Assembly (NCBI GenBank): GCA_036556585.1
Contig: DATBJG010000415.1
Span: forward strand, 131 to 64,130
Direction of reading: 5' to 3'
DNA: 64,000 bases
From: Vicinamibacterales bacterium
Lineage (GTDB): Bacteria > Acidobacteriota > Vicinamibacteria > Vicinamibacterales > JAMQPK01
The notes under the pieces are model-generated. The model was given only the letters and a program-made list of their open reading frames with translations. It searched no databases and had not been told where the DNA came from. Position numbers and translations under genes: made by a program. Below, one piece after another: positions 23,394 to 31,076 of this stretch (the stretch's first letter is position 1; every line of letters starts with the position of its first letter).

Positions 23394-23455
23394 AAAAAGG
23401 GGTCGGGAGTCTTTTTTGTCCAAGAGTCAGCAAAAAAGACTCCCGACCCCTTTTT
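23394..23455. terminator. Perfect 24-bp inverted repeat hairpin (14-nt loop) directly after wzt, bidirectional intrinsic-terminator-like
   Basis: aaaaaggggtcgggagtctttttt (23394-23417) is the exact reverse complement of aaaaaagactcccgaccccttttt (23432-23455). It starts 3 nt after the wzt stop codon. Confidence 0.7.
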
Positions 23456-23476
23456 CGTTTTCGTGGAGTCATTGCC

Positions 23477-23962
23477 GTGCCCGTGCTGACCCACGACGAG
23501 GCTCTTGCCTGGGTGGCTCGACTCCGCCACCACGGTCAACAGATTGTCTTTACCAATGGGGTCTTCGACATTCTTCACCCGGGCCACGTTCGATATCTTC
23601 AGGAGGCACGGCGGCACGGCGACGCGCTCATTGTGGCCATCAACTCCGATCGATCGGTGCGGAGTGTCAAGGGCGAGGGGCGACCGATCGTTCCTCAGGC
23701 CGAACGCGCCGAGGTCTTGGCGGCGCTCCTTCCGGTTGATGCCGTGGTTGTCTTCGACGAGGACACTCCGTTTCAGATCGTTTCCCTTCTTCAGCCAGAC
23801 GTGCTGGTCAAAGGCGCCGACTGGGCAGCCGACCGCATCGTCGGGCGTGAGATCGTCGAAGCACGGGGCGGAAGGGTCGTTCGTGTCCCGATTGCCGAGG
23901 GCTATTCGACGAGTGCGATAATCGGAAAGATCGAACAAATCGGACGCGAGTCCAGGAACTGA
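23477..23962 (+). CDS. hldC: Stand-alone cytidylyltransferase-fold nucleotidyltransferase resembling RfaE domain II / HldC (D-glycero-beta-D-manno-heptose-1-phosphate adenylyltransferase)
   Basis: 161 aa with a GTG start. Contains VFTNGVFDILHPGHVRYL (the HxGH motif), AINSDRSVRSVKGEGRPIVPQAERAEVL and LVKGADW, which closely resemble the HldE C-terminal domain. Confidence 0.78.
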   Translation: MPVLTHDEALAWVARLRHHGQQIVFTNGVFDILHPGHVRYLQEARRHGDALIVAINSDRSVRSVKGEGRPIVPQAERAEVLAALLPVDAVVVFDEDTPFQIVSLLQPDVLVKGADWAADRIVGREIVEARGGRVVRVPIAEGYSTSAIIGKIEQIGRESRN

Positions 23963-23975
23963 CAGCCCTTCAGCT

Positions 23976-26900
23976 GTGCCCATCACCACCTCTCTCTCGT
24001 TGCAGGCTCTGCTCAAGGCCGCGATTGCCCGAAGCGGGATGTCGGTCGCGGCACATCGAATTGCCGGGTTGACGCCGTCTGCACAAGCGCTGGCCGTTGC
24101 CGGTGCCTGTTCCCGAAGCGCGACCGTCCTGCTGGTAGTGCCTGGGGACGCTGACGTGGACCGGATGACCACGGACGTCCGATTTTTTGTGGCCGCGATT
24201 GAAGGATTATCCACACCGGCGGTGGACCAGGCAGTCCTGCCGTTTCCCTCCCTGCAGATCGATCCCTACCGGGCACTCGCGCCCCATTTTCGCGTCGCGT
24301 CCGCCCGGGCCCGCGCCCTTCACGCCCTCGCATCGGGCACAGCTCGAGTGGTCATTGCATCGGCGGCTGCCCTGCTCCCACGGGTGAGCCCGCCTGCACG
24401 ACTCCTCGGTGCCTCCGTGGAGCTGAAACCAGGTCAGGAGATCTCCCCGCAGGATCTGGCGGCGGTGCTTGTGGATGCAGGATTTACACGAGAAGACCCT
24501 GTCGACGAGCACGGTGAGTACTGCATTCGCGGCGGGATCGTGGACGTCTATCCGGCGGGCGAGGCCCAACCCGCTCGGCTCGAGTTCGTCGGCGACACGA
24601 TTGAATCGATCAGGCGCTACGACCCGGCCACGCAGCGCTCGATTGCCCCCCTCGATCAGCTGACGGTCGTTCCTCTCCGGGAGGTGTTCGATCCCCCGCC
24701 GGTGTCGGGCAGCGTGTTCGACTATCTCCCCCATGACACGGCCCTTTACCTGAGCGAACGAGACGATATCAAAGCGCATGCCCTGAAGATCGTCGAGCAG
24801 ATTGCTGCCAGTCACGCGGAGGTCGTCGAAACGAAGGGGGACGAATCTCCCGATCCAGGATCGCTCTTCATCGAATGGTCGGAGGTCGAGAACCAGTTTG
24901 CGCGCGCGACCGAGCTCAGTCAGCTCGCCGTCGACCAAACCAGTCATGACGGGGCAGAAGGGGCCTCGCACCACGTTGGGACGCAGCCAACGCCTGAATT
25001 TCGTGGCCGAATTGCGGATTGGGCGGCAGAGGTCCGGCGGGCTCGGGAACGCAGCGAAACGGTGCTCTTCGTCGCGGCGGGCGCCGGCAGAGCCGAACGC
25101 ACGGTCGAGTTGCTGGCAGAGTACGAGCTGCGCGGTGTTCAGCTCGATCGCGCCGACGATCTCCACACCGCCGCTGTTCTGGTTGCGACCGGCGATCTGT
25201 CGCGGGGCTTCCGGCTGCCAGTGGCCGAGCTGCAGATCTTTGCCGAGGGCGATGTTTTCGAAGAAGACCGGCGGCAGGCCGAGCGCCGCCGGTCACTTGC
25301 CAAGACGTTCCTCTCCGATCTGCGAGATCTCAAGCCGGGAGACCTCGTGGTTCACGTCGACCATGGCATCGGAAAGTTCATTGGTCTCAAACAGATTGCG
25401 CTTGGCGCGGGCAGCTCGGTCACTCAGGAGTTCATGGAGCTCCGCTATGCCGGCGAGGACAAGCTCTTTGTCCCGGTCGAGCGGCTCGATCTCGTCCAGA
25501 AGTACAGCGGTGCCACGCATCCCCCCCTCGATCGTCTCGGCGGCACCTCCTGGGAACGCGCCAAGACGAGAGTTCGCAAGGCCATGCGGGACATGGCCGA
25601 GGAGCTGTTGAAGCTGTACGCCGCCCGAAAGGCCGTCACCGGGCATGCCTTCAACACCGACACGCACTGGCAACAGGAGTTCGAGGACGCCTTCGAGTAC
25701 GAGCTGACGGTCGACCAGGCAGCCGCCATTGCCGACATCAAGAAAAACATGGAGCAGCCGTTTCCGATGGACCGGCTTCTCTGCGGTGACGTTGGGTACG
25801 GCAAGACCGAGGTGGCCATGCGTGCGGGCTTCAAGGCCGTAATGGACGGCAAGCAAGTTGCGTTTCTTGCACCGACGACGGTTCTTGCGTTTCAGCATCT
25901 CAAGACACTGAAAGAACGCCTGGCCGGCTTCCCGATTTCGGTGGACATGGTCAGCCGGTTCCGCAGCAAGGCAGAGCAGACCCAGGTTCTTGCCGATCTG
26001 GCAGCGGGTAAGGTGGACATCATTGTTGGCACACACCGACTCCTGTCGAAAGACGTGAGTTTTCGCGACCTCGGGCTGCTCGTCGTGGACGAGGAACAGC
26101 GGTTCGGGGTTGCCCACAAGGAAAAGATCAAGCAACTTCGTCACAAGGTCGACGTCCTGACGATGAGCGCGACACCCATTCCGCGGACGTTGAACATGTC
26201 GCTGGCGGGTATCCGCGACATGTCGATCATCGAAACGCCCCCGAAGGACCGACTCTCGATTCAAACCAATGTCGTCAAGTTCGACCAGCAAGTCATTACG
26301 CGCGCCATCCGCAACGAGCTGGCGCGCGGCGGTCAGGTGTATTTCGTTCACAACCGCGTGGAGTCGATTTTCTCGATTGGCAATCTGGTGACCAAGCTCG
26401 TCCCGGAAGCGCGGGTGGCGGTGGCGCATGGGCAGATGGGCGAAGAAGAGCTCGAGCGAGCCATGATGGATTTCATCGCCCAGAAGTTCGACGTGCTGCT
26501 AGCCACCACGATTATCGAGAACGGGCTCGATATTCCCAATGTCAACACCATCATCGTCAATCGGGCAGACAGGTACGGGCTCTCGCAGCTTTATCAACTC
26601 CGTGGGCGCGTTGGTCGCTCCGATCGTCCGGCGTACGCGTATCTCCTCATTCCCCCGGAAGATTCTCTGTCTCCCGTGGCGCGCAAGCGACTTGCGGCCA
26701 TCAAGGAGTTCAGCGATCTTGGCAGCGGATTTCGTGTGGCGGCATTGGATCTCGAGATTCGGGGGGCCGGGACGCTGCTTGGAGGCGAGCAGAGCGGGCA
26801 TATCGAGTCGGTCGGGTTCGAGATGTATATGAAGCTCCTCGAGCAAGCCGTCCGCGAGCTGAAGGGCGAGGAGCTCGAAGAAGAAGTGCGCGCTGTTGTG

Positions 26901-27512
26901 AATTTGCGGGTCGATCTGCGCATTGACGATGGGTATGTTCCCGAAATGAATCAGCGGCTGATTCTCTATCGTCGGATGGCTGCGGCACGGAGCGAGCGCG
27001 AGCTGGAGGAAGCGCTGGGGGAAATAAAGGATCGGTACGGGGAGCCCCCAGCGTCAGTCCTGCAGCTCGTCGACTATGGTCGAATCCGCGTTCTGGCAGA
27101 TCGGCTCGGGATTGAATCCATCGACCGCGACGGGCAGGTCGTCCACTTCAAGTTCCGGCCCCAGGCCAAGGTAGATCCCACCAGGCTGGTCGCCCTGGTG
27201 CGTCTACAGCCAGGGCTCTCCCTTTCACCTCCAGTCACGTTGAAGCTGGATCTCCGACAAGCCGTAGCTGCGTCCGCCAACCGGGACGAGCCACCAACGT
27301 CTGCTCAACGAATCCGGCCGAAAGGATCAAAAAGGGGTCCCGGGTCCGGGACTTCAGCGTCGTGGTGGACGACCAGGGCCACGAGCGGGACCGTGGAACC
27401 GGGTTTCAGCCGGGAGGAGATTCTGAAGCCCCAAAAAGAAGACCCCCGGGGACCGCACGGCGTCCTAACCCTCGTGGGCGATTTGCTGGCGGCGTTGGGA
27501 ACGGCCCACTAA
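23976..27512 (+). CDS. mfd: Transcription-repair coupling factor Mfd
   Basis: 1178 aa. The helicase motifs are LLCGDVGYGKTEVAMRA, DEEQRFGV and the TRG-motif region. The CarD-like region includes VVHVDHGIGKFIGL. Confidence 0.95.
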   Translation: MPITTSLSLQALLKAAIARSGMSVAAHRIAGLTPSAQALAVAGACSRSATVLLVVPGDADVDRMTTDVRFFVAAIEGLSTPAVDQAVLPFPSLQIDPYRALAPHFRVASARARALHALASGTARVVIASAAALLPRVSPPARLLGASVELKPGQEISPQDLAAVLVDAGFTREDPVDEHGEYCIRGGIVDVYPAGEAQPARLEFVGDTIESIRRYDPATQRSIAPLDQLTVVPLREVFDPPPVSGSVFDYLPHDTALYLSERDDIKAHALKIVEQIAASHAEVVETKGDESPDPGSLFIEWSEVENQFARATELSQLAVDQTSHDGAEGASHHVGTQPTPEFRGRIADWAAEVRRARERSETVLFVAAGAGRAERTVELLAEYELRGVQLDRADDLHTAAVLVATGDLSRGFRLPVAELQIFAEGDVFEEDRRQAERRRSLAKTFLSDLRDLKPGDLVVHVDHGIGKFIGLKQIALGAGSSVTQEFMELRYAGEDKLFVPVERLDLVQKYSGATHPPLDRLGGTSWERAKTRVRKAMRDMAEELLKLYAARKAVTGHAFNTDTHWQQEFEDAFEYELTVDQAAAIADIKKNMEQPFPMDRLLCGDVGYGKTEVAMRAGFKAVMDGKQVAFLAPTTVLAFQHLKTLKERLAGFPISVDMVSRFRSKAEQTQVLADLAAGKVDIIVGTHRLLSKDVSFRDLGLLVVDEEQRFGVAHKEKIKQLRHKVDVLTMSATPIPRTLNMSLAGIRDMSIIETPPKDRLSIQTNVVKFDQQVITRAIRNELARGGQVYFVHNRVESIFSIGNLVTKLVPEARVAVAHGQMGEEELERAMMDFIAQKFDVLLATTIIENGLDIPNVNTIIVNRADRYGLSQLYQLRGRVGRSDRPAYAYLLIPPEDSLSPVARKRLAAIKEFSDLGSGFRVAALDLEIRGAGTLLGGEQSGHIESVGFEMYMKLLEQAVRELKGEELEEEVRAVVNLRVDLRIDDGYVPEMNQRLILYRRMAAARSERELEEALGEIKDRYGEPPASVLQLVDYGRIRVLADRLGIESIDRDGQVVHFKFRPQAKVDPTRLVALVRLQPGLSLSPPVTLKLDLRQAVAASANRDEPPTSAQRIRPKGSKRGPGSGTSASWWTTRATSGTVEPGFSREEILKPQKEDPRGPHGVLTLVGDLLAALGTAH

Positions 27513-27530
27513 TAAAGGTAAGATTCCGAT

Positions 27531-28583
27531 ATGCGCAAGTGTGTTGCAGTATTTGCCGTTGTTTTCGCCCTCGCCACCGCCGGCCCCTCTGGAGAGATCC
27601 TCGAGCAGATTCTGGTCAAGGTCAACGGCGAGATTCTGACCAAAACCGACCTCGAACAGCGCCAGCTACGCGCGCTGCGAGACCGGGGCGGGCTCGATCC
27701 CTCGACGGCCACGGCGTCCGATCTGAAGCGCGCGGTGGCGGAGATCACGCCGCTCGTGCTGGTCGGTGCAGTCGACGAGATGCTGCTCGTCCAGCGCGGC
27801 CGCGAGCTTGGTGGATCCCTGAGCGACGAACAATTCAAGGGCATCCTCGAGAACCTGCGAAAAGACAACAACCTGGAGAACGACGCGCAGTTCCAGGCTG
27901 CGCTCAAACAGGAAGGGTTGACGATCAACGATCTGCGTCGCAACATCGAACGGTCCGCGATCATCAACCGCGTGCAACAGGTCGAGATCATGTCGAAGAT
28001 CAGCGTGACCGAAGAGGAGTCACGTGCCTACTTCGACAGCCGCCCGAACGATTTCAAGACTCAACCCGGCATCACGTTGCGCGAGGTGCTGGTGAGCGTT
28101 GGCTTGGAGCAAGGGGGCTTGAACGTCGGCAAGGACGAGGAGGCGAAGGCCAAGGCCGAAGAATTGCGGGCTCGGGCCGTCAAGGGCGAGAGCTTCGAGA
28201 AGCTGGCGGCCGAACATTCGGAGGCAGCTTCGAAAGCTAACGGCGGGCTGATTGGACCCATCAGCCGCGAGGAACTGGCCCCGGCGTTTCAGCAGCTCAT
28301 CGATCCGCTGAAGCCCGGGCAGATCACGTCCGTCGTGCGTTCCCGCCAGGGCTGGCAGTTCTTCAAGCTCGAGATGAGGACCGAGTCCGATCGCCTGACG
28401 TACGAACAGGCAAAGGGTCAGATTCAGGATCGTATTGCCAACGAGAAGCGCGAAGGCGAGTTGAGAAAGTACCTGGAGAGCCTCCGTCAGCAGGCGATTA
28501 TCGAGTGGAAGAACGAGGAGCTCAAGAAGGCGTACGAACAAGGGCTCGAGCAACGAACGAAAGAACCCCCGGCCCGCGGATAA
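27531..28583 (+). CDS. Periplasmic SurA-like chaperone / PpiC-type peptidyl-prolyl isomerase
   Basis: 350 aa with a signal peptide (MRKCVAVFAVVFALATA), a SurA N-terminal-like region (ILVKVNGEILTKTDLEQ) and a parvulin-like segment (GGLIGPISREELAPAFQQLIDPLKPGQITSVVRSRQGWQFFKL). Confidence 0.75.
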   Translation: MRKCVAVFAVVFALATAGPSGEILEQILVKVNGEILTKTDLEQRQLRALRDRGGLDPSTATASDLKRAVAEITPLVLVGAVDEMLLVQRGRELGGSLSDEQFKGILENLRKDNNLENDAQFQAALKQEGLTINDLRRNIERSAIINRVQQVEIMSKISVTEEESRAYFDSRPNDFKTQPGITLREVLVSVGLEQGGLNVGKDEEAKAKAEELRARAVKGESFEKLAAEHSEAASKANGGLIGPISREELAPAFQQLIDPLKPGQITSVVRSRQGWQFFKLEMRTESDRLTYEQAKGQIQDRIANEKREGELRKYLESLRQQAIIEWKNEELKKAYEQGLEQRTKEPPARG

Positions 28584-28585
28584 CC

Positions 28586-29134
28586 GTGTCGGACCGAGAA
28601 CAAACGGATTCATCAATCGTTGCCGGCGCCGGCCTGACGGATGCCGATGTTCGGTGGTTTGCGATCTGGACCAGATCGCGGCACGAGCAGGTCGTTCGCC
28701 AGCAGCTCGAGAAAAAGGGTTTCGAATCGTTCCTGCCCACGATTCCCCGCTGGAGCCGCTGGAAAGATCGCAAGAAAAAGATCGATTGGCCGCTTTTTCC
28801 GGGCTATTGCTTCGCCCGGTTCGTCCCCGCCTCCACCCTGGCCATTCTCAAATGCACGGGGGTCGTCAATATTGTGTCGTTCGAGGGGAAACCTGCGCCT
28901 ATTCCGGACCACGAGATTGATGGTATTCGCCGCCTGGTGACGAGCGATCTGCAGTACGACCCATGTCCTCTCATCCATGAAGGCATGATGGTCGAAGTCT
29001 CCCACGGCGCCTTGAAAGGCGTGATTGGCCGGCTCGTGCGCAAGGGCGCACACGCCCGTCTCGTACTCTCGGTGGACCTCATCGGCCAGGCGGTGTCGGT
29101 CGAAGTGGACGCCGCGGACGTCAAGCCATACTAA
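28586..29134 (+). CDS. Specialised NusG paralogue (RfaH/UpxY-like transcription antiterminator)
   Basis: NGN-like region WFAIWTRSRHEQVVRQQLEKKGFESFLP...PLFPGYCFARF followed by a KOW-like region GMMVEVSHGALKGVIGRLV. The GTG start at 28586 is chosen because the track ORF start (28505) lies inside the upstream gene. About 182 aa and far shorter than housekeeping-operon context would suggest; no secE/rplK neighbours. Confidence 0.7.
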   Translation: MSDREQTDSSIVAGAGLTDADVRWFAIWTRSRHEQVVRQQLEKKGFESFLPTIPRWSRWKDRKKKIDWPLFPGYCFARFVPASTLAILKCTGVVNIVSFEGKPAPIPDHEIDGIRRLVTSDLQYDPCPLIHEGMMVEVSHGALKGVIGRLVRKGAHARLVLSVDLIGQAVSVEVDAADVKPY

Positions 29135-29181
29135 CTGGTGGTCGGCGGTCAGTGGCCAGATAACTGATAACCTGGAACCCC

Positions 29182-30222
29182 ATGCCCAAGATCGGCGCGC
29201 TCACGCTCGAATCGCCGTTCGTTGTTGCTCCTATGGCCGGGATGACCGACACGGCGTTCCGGCGATTGGTCAAGCGACAGGGCGGGTGTGGTTTGGTCGT
29301 CACGGAGATGGTGAGCTCCGAGGGGCTTGTCAGAGGCATCGATCGGACGCTCGAGTACGCCGAGTACACCGAAGAAGAACGACCCGTGTCGATCCAGATT
29401 TTCGGGGGCGATCCCGCCAAGATGGCCGACGCCGCTCGCATTGTCGAGGGGATGGGCGCCGACATCGTGGATGTGAACATGGGATGTCCGGTCCCCAAAA
29501 TTGCCAAGCACAACGCTGGTTGCAGTCTGATGCGCGAGCCCGCACACGCGGGCCACGTCATTGAAGCGATGGCCAGAGCGGTGAAGATTCCCGTCACCGT
29601 CAAAATGCGAGCGGGATGGGACGAACGAAGCCTGAACGCGCCGGAGCTCGCGCGACGAGCCGAGGACGCCGGTGCGGCGGCCGTAGCCGTGCACGGGCGG
29701 ACGGCCGCGCAGTCCTACACAGGGATGTCCGACTGGGATCTCGTTTCCAGAGTTGCCGACGGGCTGAACATTCCCGTATTTGGAAGCGGGGACTGCGTCG
29801 AGCCGGGCCAGATTCTCCAACGCCTGAACGGCGGTCGGGTGAGTGGCGTGTTGGTCGGACGTGGGGTGCTGCGCAATCCGTGGATCCTTGCACAAGCCCA
29901 GGATCTCGTTGCCGGCAAGACCGCGAGGGTCGTGAACCCGGAGGACCGCCGCCAGTTTCTCATGGAGTACATGGAACTTCTGCTCCACGAGCGCGTGGAC
30001 GAGGCCGCGGGCTTCCGCCACCTTGCTCCGGGCGACCAACGATTACCAGCCCGAGGCCGCGAGCGTTGGGTGATCAACAAACTGCGGGCGCTCATCGCCT
30101 GGTACAGCAAGGGCCTCGAAGGCGGCGGACAGCTTCGCGTGGCCATCAACGCAGCCCAGTCGATTCCGGAAACGCGAGACATCATCGAGCGATTCTTTTC
30201 CCAGCCAGTCGCCGCTTCCTGA
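29182..30222 (+). CDS. dusB: tRNA-dihydrouridine synthase
   Basis: 346 aa with the Dus family motifs APMAGMTDTAFRRL, DVNMGCPVPKI and VTVKMRAGW. Confidence 0.88.
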   Translation: MPKIGALTLESPFVVAPMAGMTDTAFRRLVKRQGGCGLVVTEMVSSEGLVRGIDRTLEYAEYTEEERPVSIQIFGGDPAKMADAARIVEGMGADIVDVNMGCPVPKIAKHNAGCSLMREPAHAGHVIEAMARAVKIPVTVKMRAGWDERSLNAPELARRAEDAGAAAVAVHGRTAAQSYTGMSDWDLVSRVADGLNIPVFGSGDCVEPGQILQRLNGGRVSGVLVGRGVLRNPWILAQAQDLVAGKTARVVNPEDRRQFLMEYMELLLHERVDEAAGFRHLAPGDQRLPARGRERWVINKLRALIAWYSKGLEGGGQLRVAINAAQSIPETRDIIERFFSQPVAAS

Positions 30223-30455
30223 GATCTGAACTTCCAAGTTTTTCCTTCGATTCAATACCGCTGCGCGTTAGTGCCGGAAATGTGTATCATTTGCACACCG
30301 AAAAGTATTCTGATGGATACACCGATAATTCCCTTAGAAACGCGAACTCCGTCCGCACAGCTGCGGTCGCCGTTTGTCCTGCAGCGGCAACCCGGGTTCG
30401 AGAGTGGGCCTTCGCAGCTCTTCTTGTGACTCACAGAGCGGAGCCTCGCTTAGAT

Positions 30456-31076
30456 ATGGTCATTAGACCAAATAGATCCTCCGCTTTGCTTGTTGGTCTG
30501 CTTCTGGTCAGTCTGACAAGGTGCTCACAGCAGGCGAATCAGAGTGACTTGCAACCGAAGTACGACGCTAAGACCGGGAAACTCGGTCAATTGACTTACG
30601 ACTCAGACTCCAACGGTAAACCTGATGCTGTCAGTTATATGGATGGATCTGAGATCGCGAGGATTGAACTCGACAAGGACGAAGATGGTCTGGTGGATCG
30701 CTGGGAGTACTACGGAACCAATCGACAGCTTGTCAAAGTCGGCATTTCTAGGTCAAATAACGGAAAAGTCGATGCTTGGATTTTTGAAGGAGCCAAGGGT
30801 TCCGTCGACCGCATTGAGATCTCGACGCGCCAGGATGGCAAGGTCAACCGGACCGAGTTCTATGAAAAGGGCGTCCTGACCCGAACCGAGGAAGATACCG
30901 ACGCCAACGGAGTTGTGGACAAGTGGGAGACCTATCGAAACGGCGTCTTGAGCAGCGCAGCATTTGACCTGAACGGCAGCGGCCGTCCTACGCGCCGATT
31001 GACGTATCAGTCGGACGGCAGTCTTCAAGGGGTGGAGACGGACGCCGCTGATCAACCGGCGGTATCACGCCCATGA
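30456..31076 (+). CDS. Putative lipoprotein built from about six DxDxDG-type (Ca-binding-loop-like) repeats
   Basis: The ATG at 30456 gives MVIRPNRSSALLVGLLLVSLTRC followed by 24-aa units such as DKDEDGLVDRWEYY, SRSNNGKVDAWIFE and DTDANGVVDKWETY. The track ORF 29616..31076 is an upstream read-through artefact. The stop overlaps the next gene's start (ATGA). Confidence 0.75.
   Translation: MVIRPNRSSALLVGLLLVSLTRCSQQANQSDLQPKYDAKTGKLGQLTYDSDSNGKPDAVSYMDGSEIARIELDKDEDGLVDRWEYYGTNRQLVKVGISRSNNGKVDAWIFEGAKGSVDRIEISTRQDGKVNRTEFYEKGVLTRTEEDTDANGVVDKWETYRNGVLSSAAFDLNGSGRPTRRLTYQSDGSLQGVETDAADQPAVSRP

Noticed and set aside
23416-23739. 107-aa plus-strand ORF starting inside the hairpin after wzt
   Set aside because: It starts within the inverted repeat and overlaps the well-supported hldC-like gene out of frame. 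Its composition is low-complexity Arg/Ser/Gly.
23105-24214. Long minus-strand ORFs (this 369-aa one and many others, such as 15002-15958, 18365-19375, 25293-26429, 31103-31948, 45631-46731)
   Set aside because: Each lies antisense to a strongly supported plus-strand gene. This one even crosses the wzt end, the hairpin and hldC. Their translations are Arg/Pro/Ser/Gly-rich with no motifs, as expected for stop-poor antisense frames in GC-rich DNA.
27326-27356. 11-nt match (AAAAAGGGGTC) to the left arm of the shared hairpin element, followed by the palindrome GTCCCGG-GT-CCGGGAC, inside the mfd coding region
   Set aside because: Similarity to the hairpin element stops after 11 nt, and no matching right arm follows. 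The segment is in frame and codes a plausible Gly/Ser linker (KRGPGSGTS). I treat it as chance resemblance, though a genome-wide search for the element would settle it.
30394-30405. GGGTTCGAGAGT resembling a tRNA T-loop in the dusB-lipoprotein gap
   Set aside because: The flanking bases do not form a T-stem, and I could not build acceptor, D or anticodon arms around it. It is not a tRNA or tmRNA.
29616-30455. Upstream 280 codons of the 486-aa ORF 29616..31076
   Set aside because: This part overlaps dusB out of frame and then crosses the AT-rich gap. Only the last 206 codons (from the ATG at 30456, with a signal peptide and lipobox) look like a real protein.
30223-30455. Sigma54 (-24 GG / -12 GC) promoter expected from the neighbouring EBP homologue
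   Set aside because: The only TTGCA (30291-30295) has its nearest upstream GG 15 nt from the GC, not 10. I also saw no TGGCAC-N5-TTGC match in the 15713-16043 and 39074-39158 gaps.
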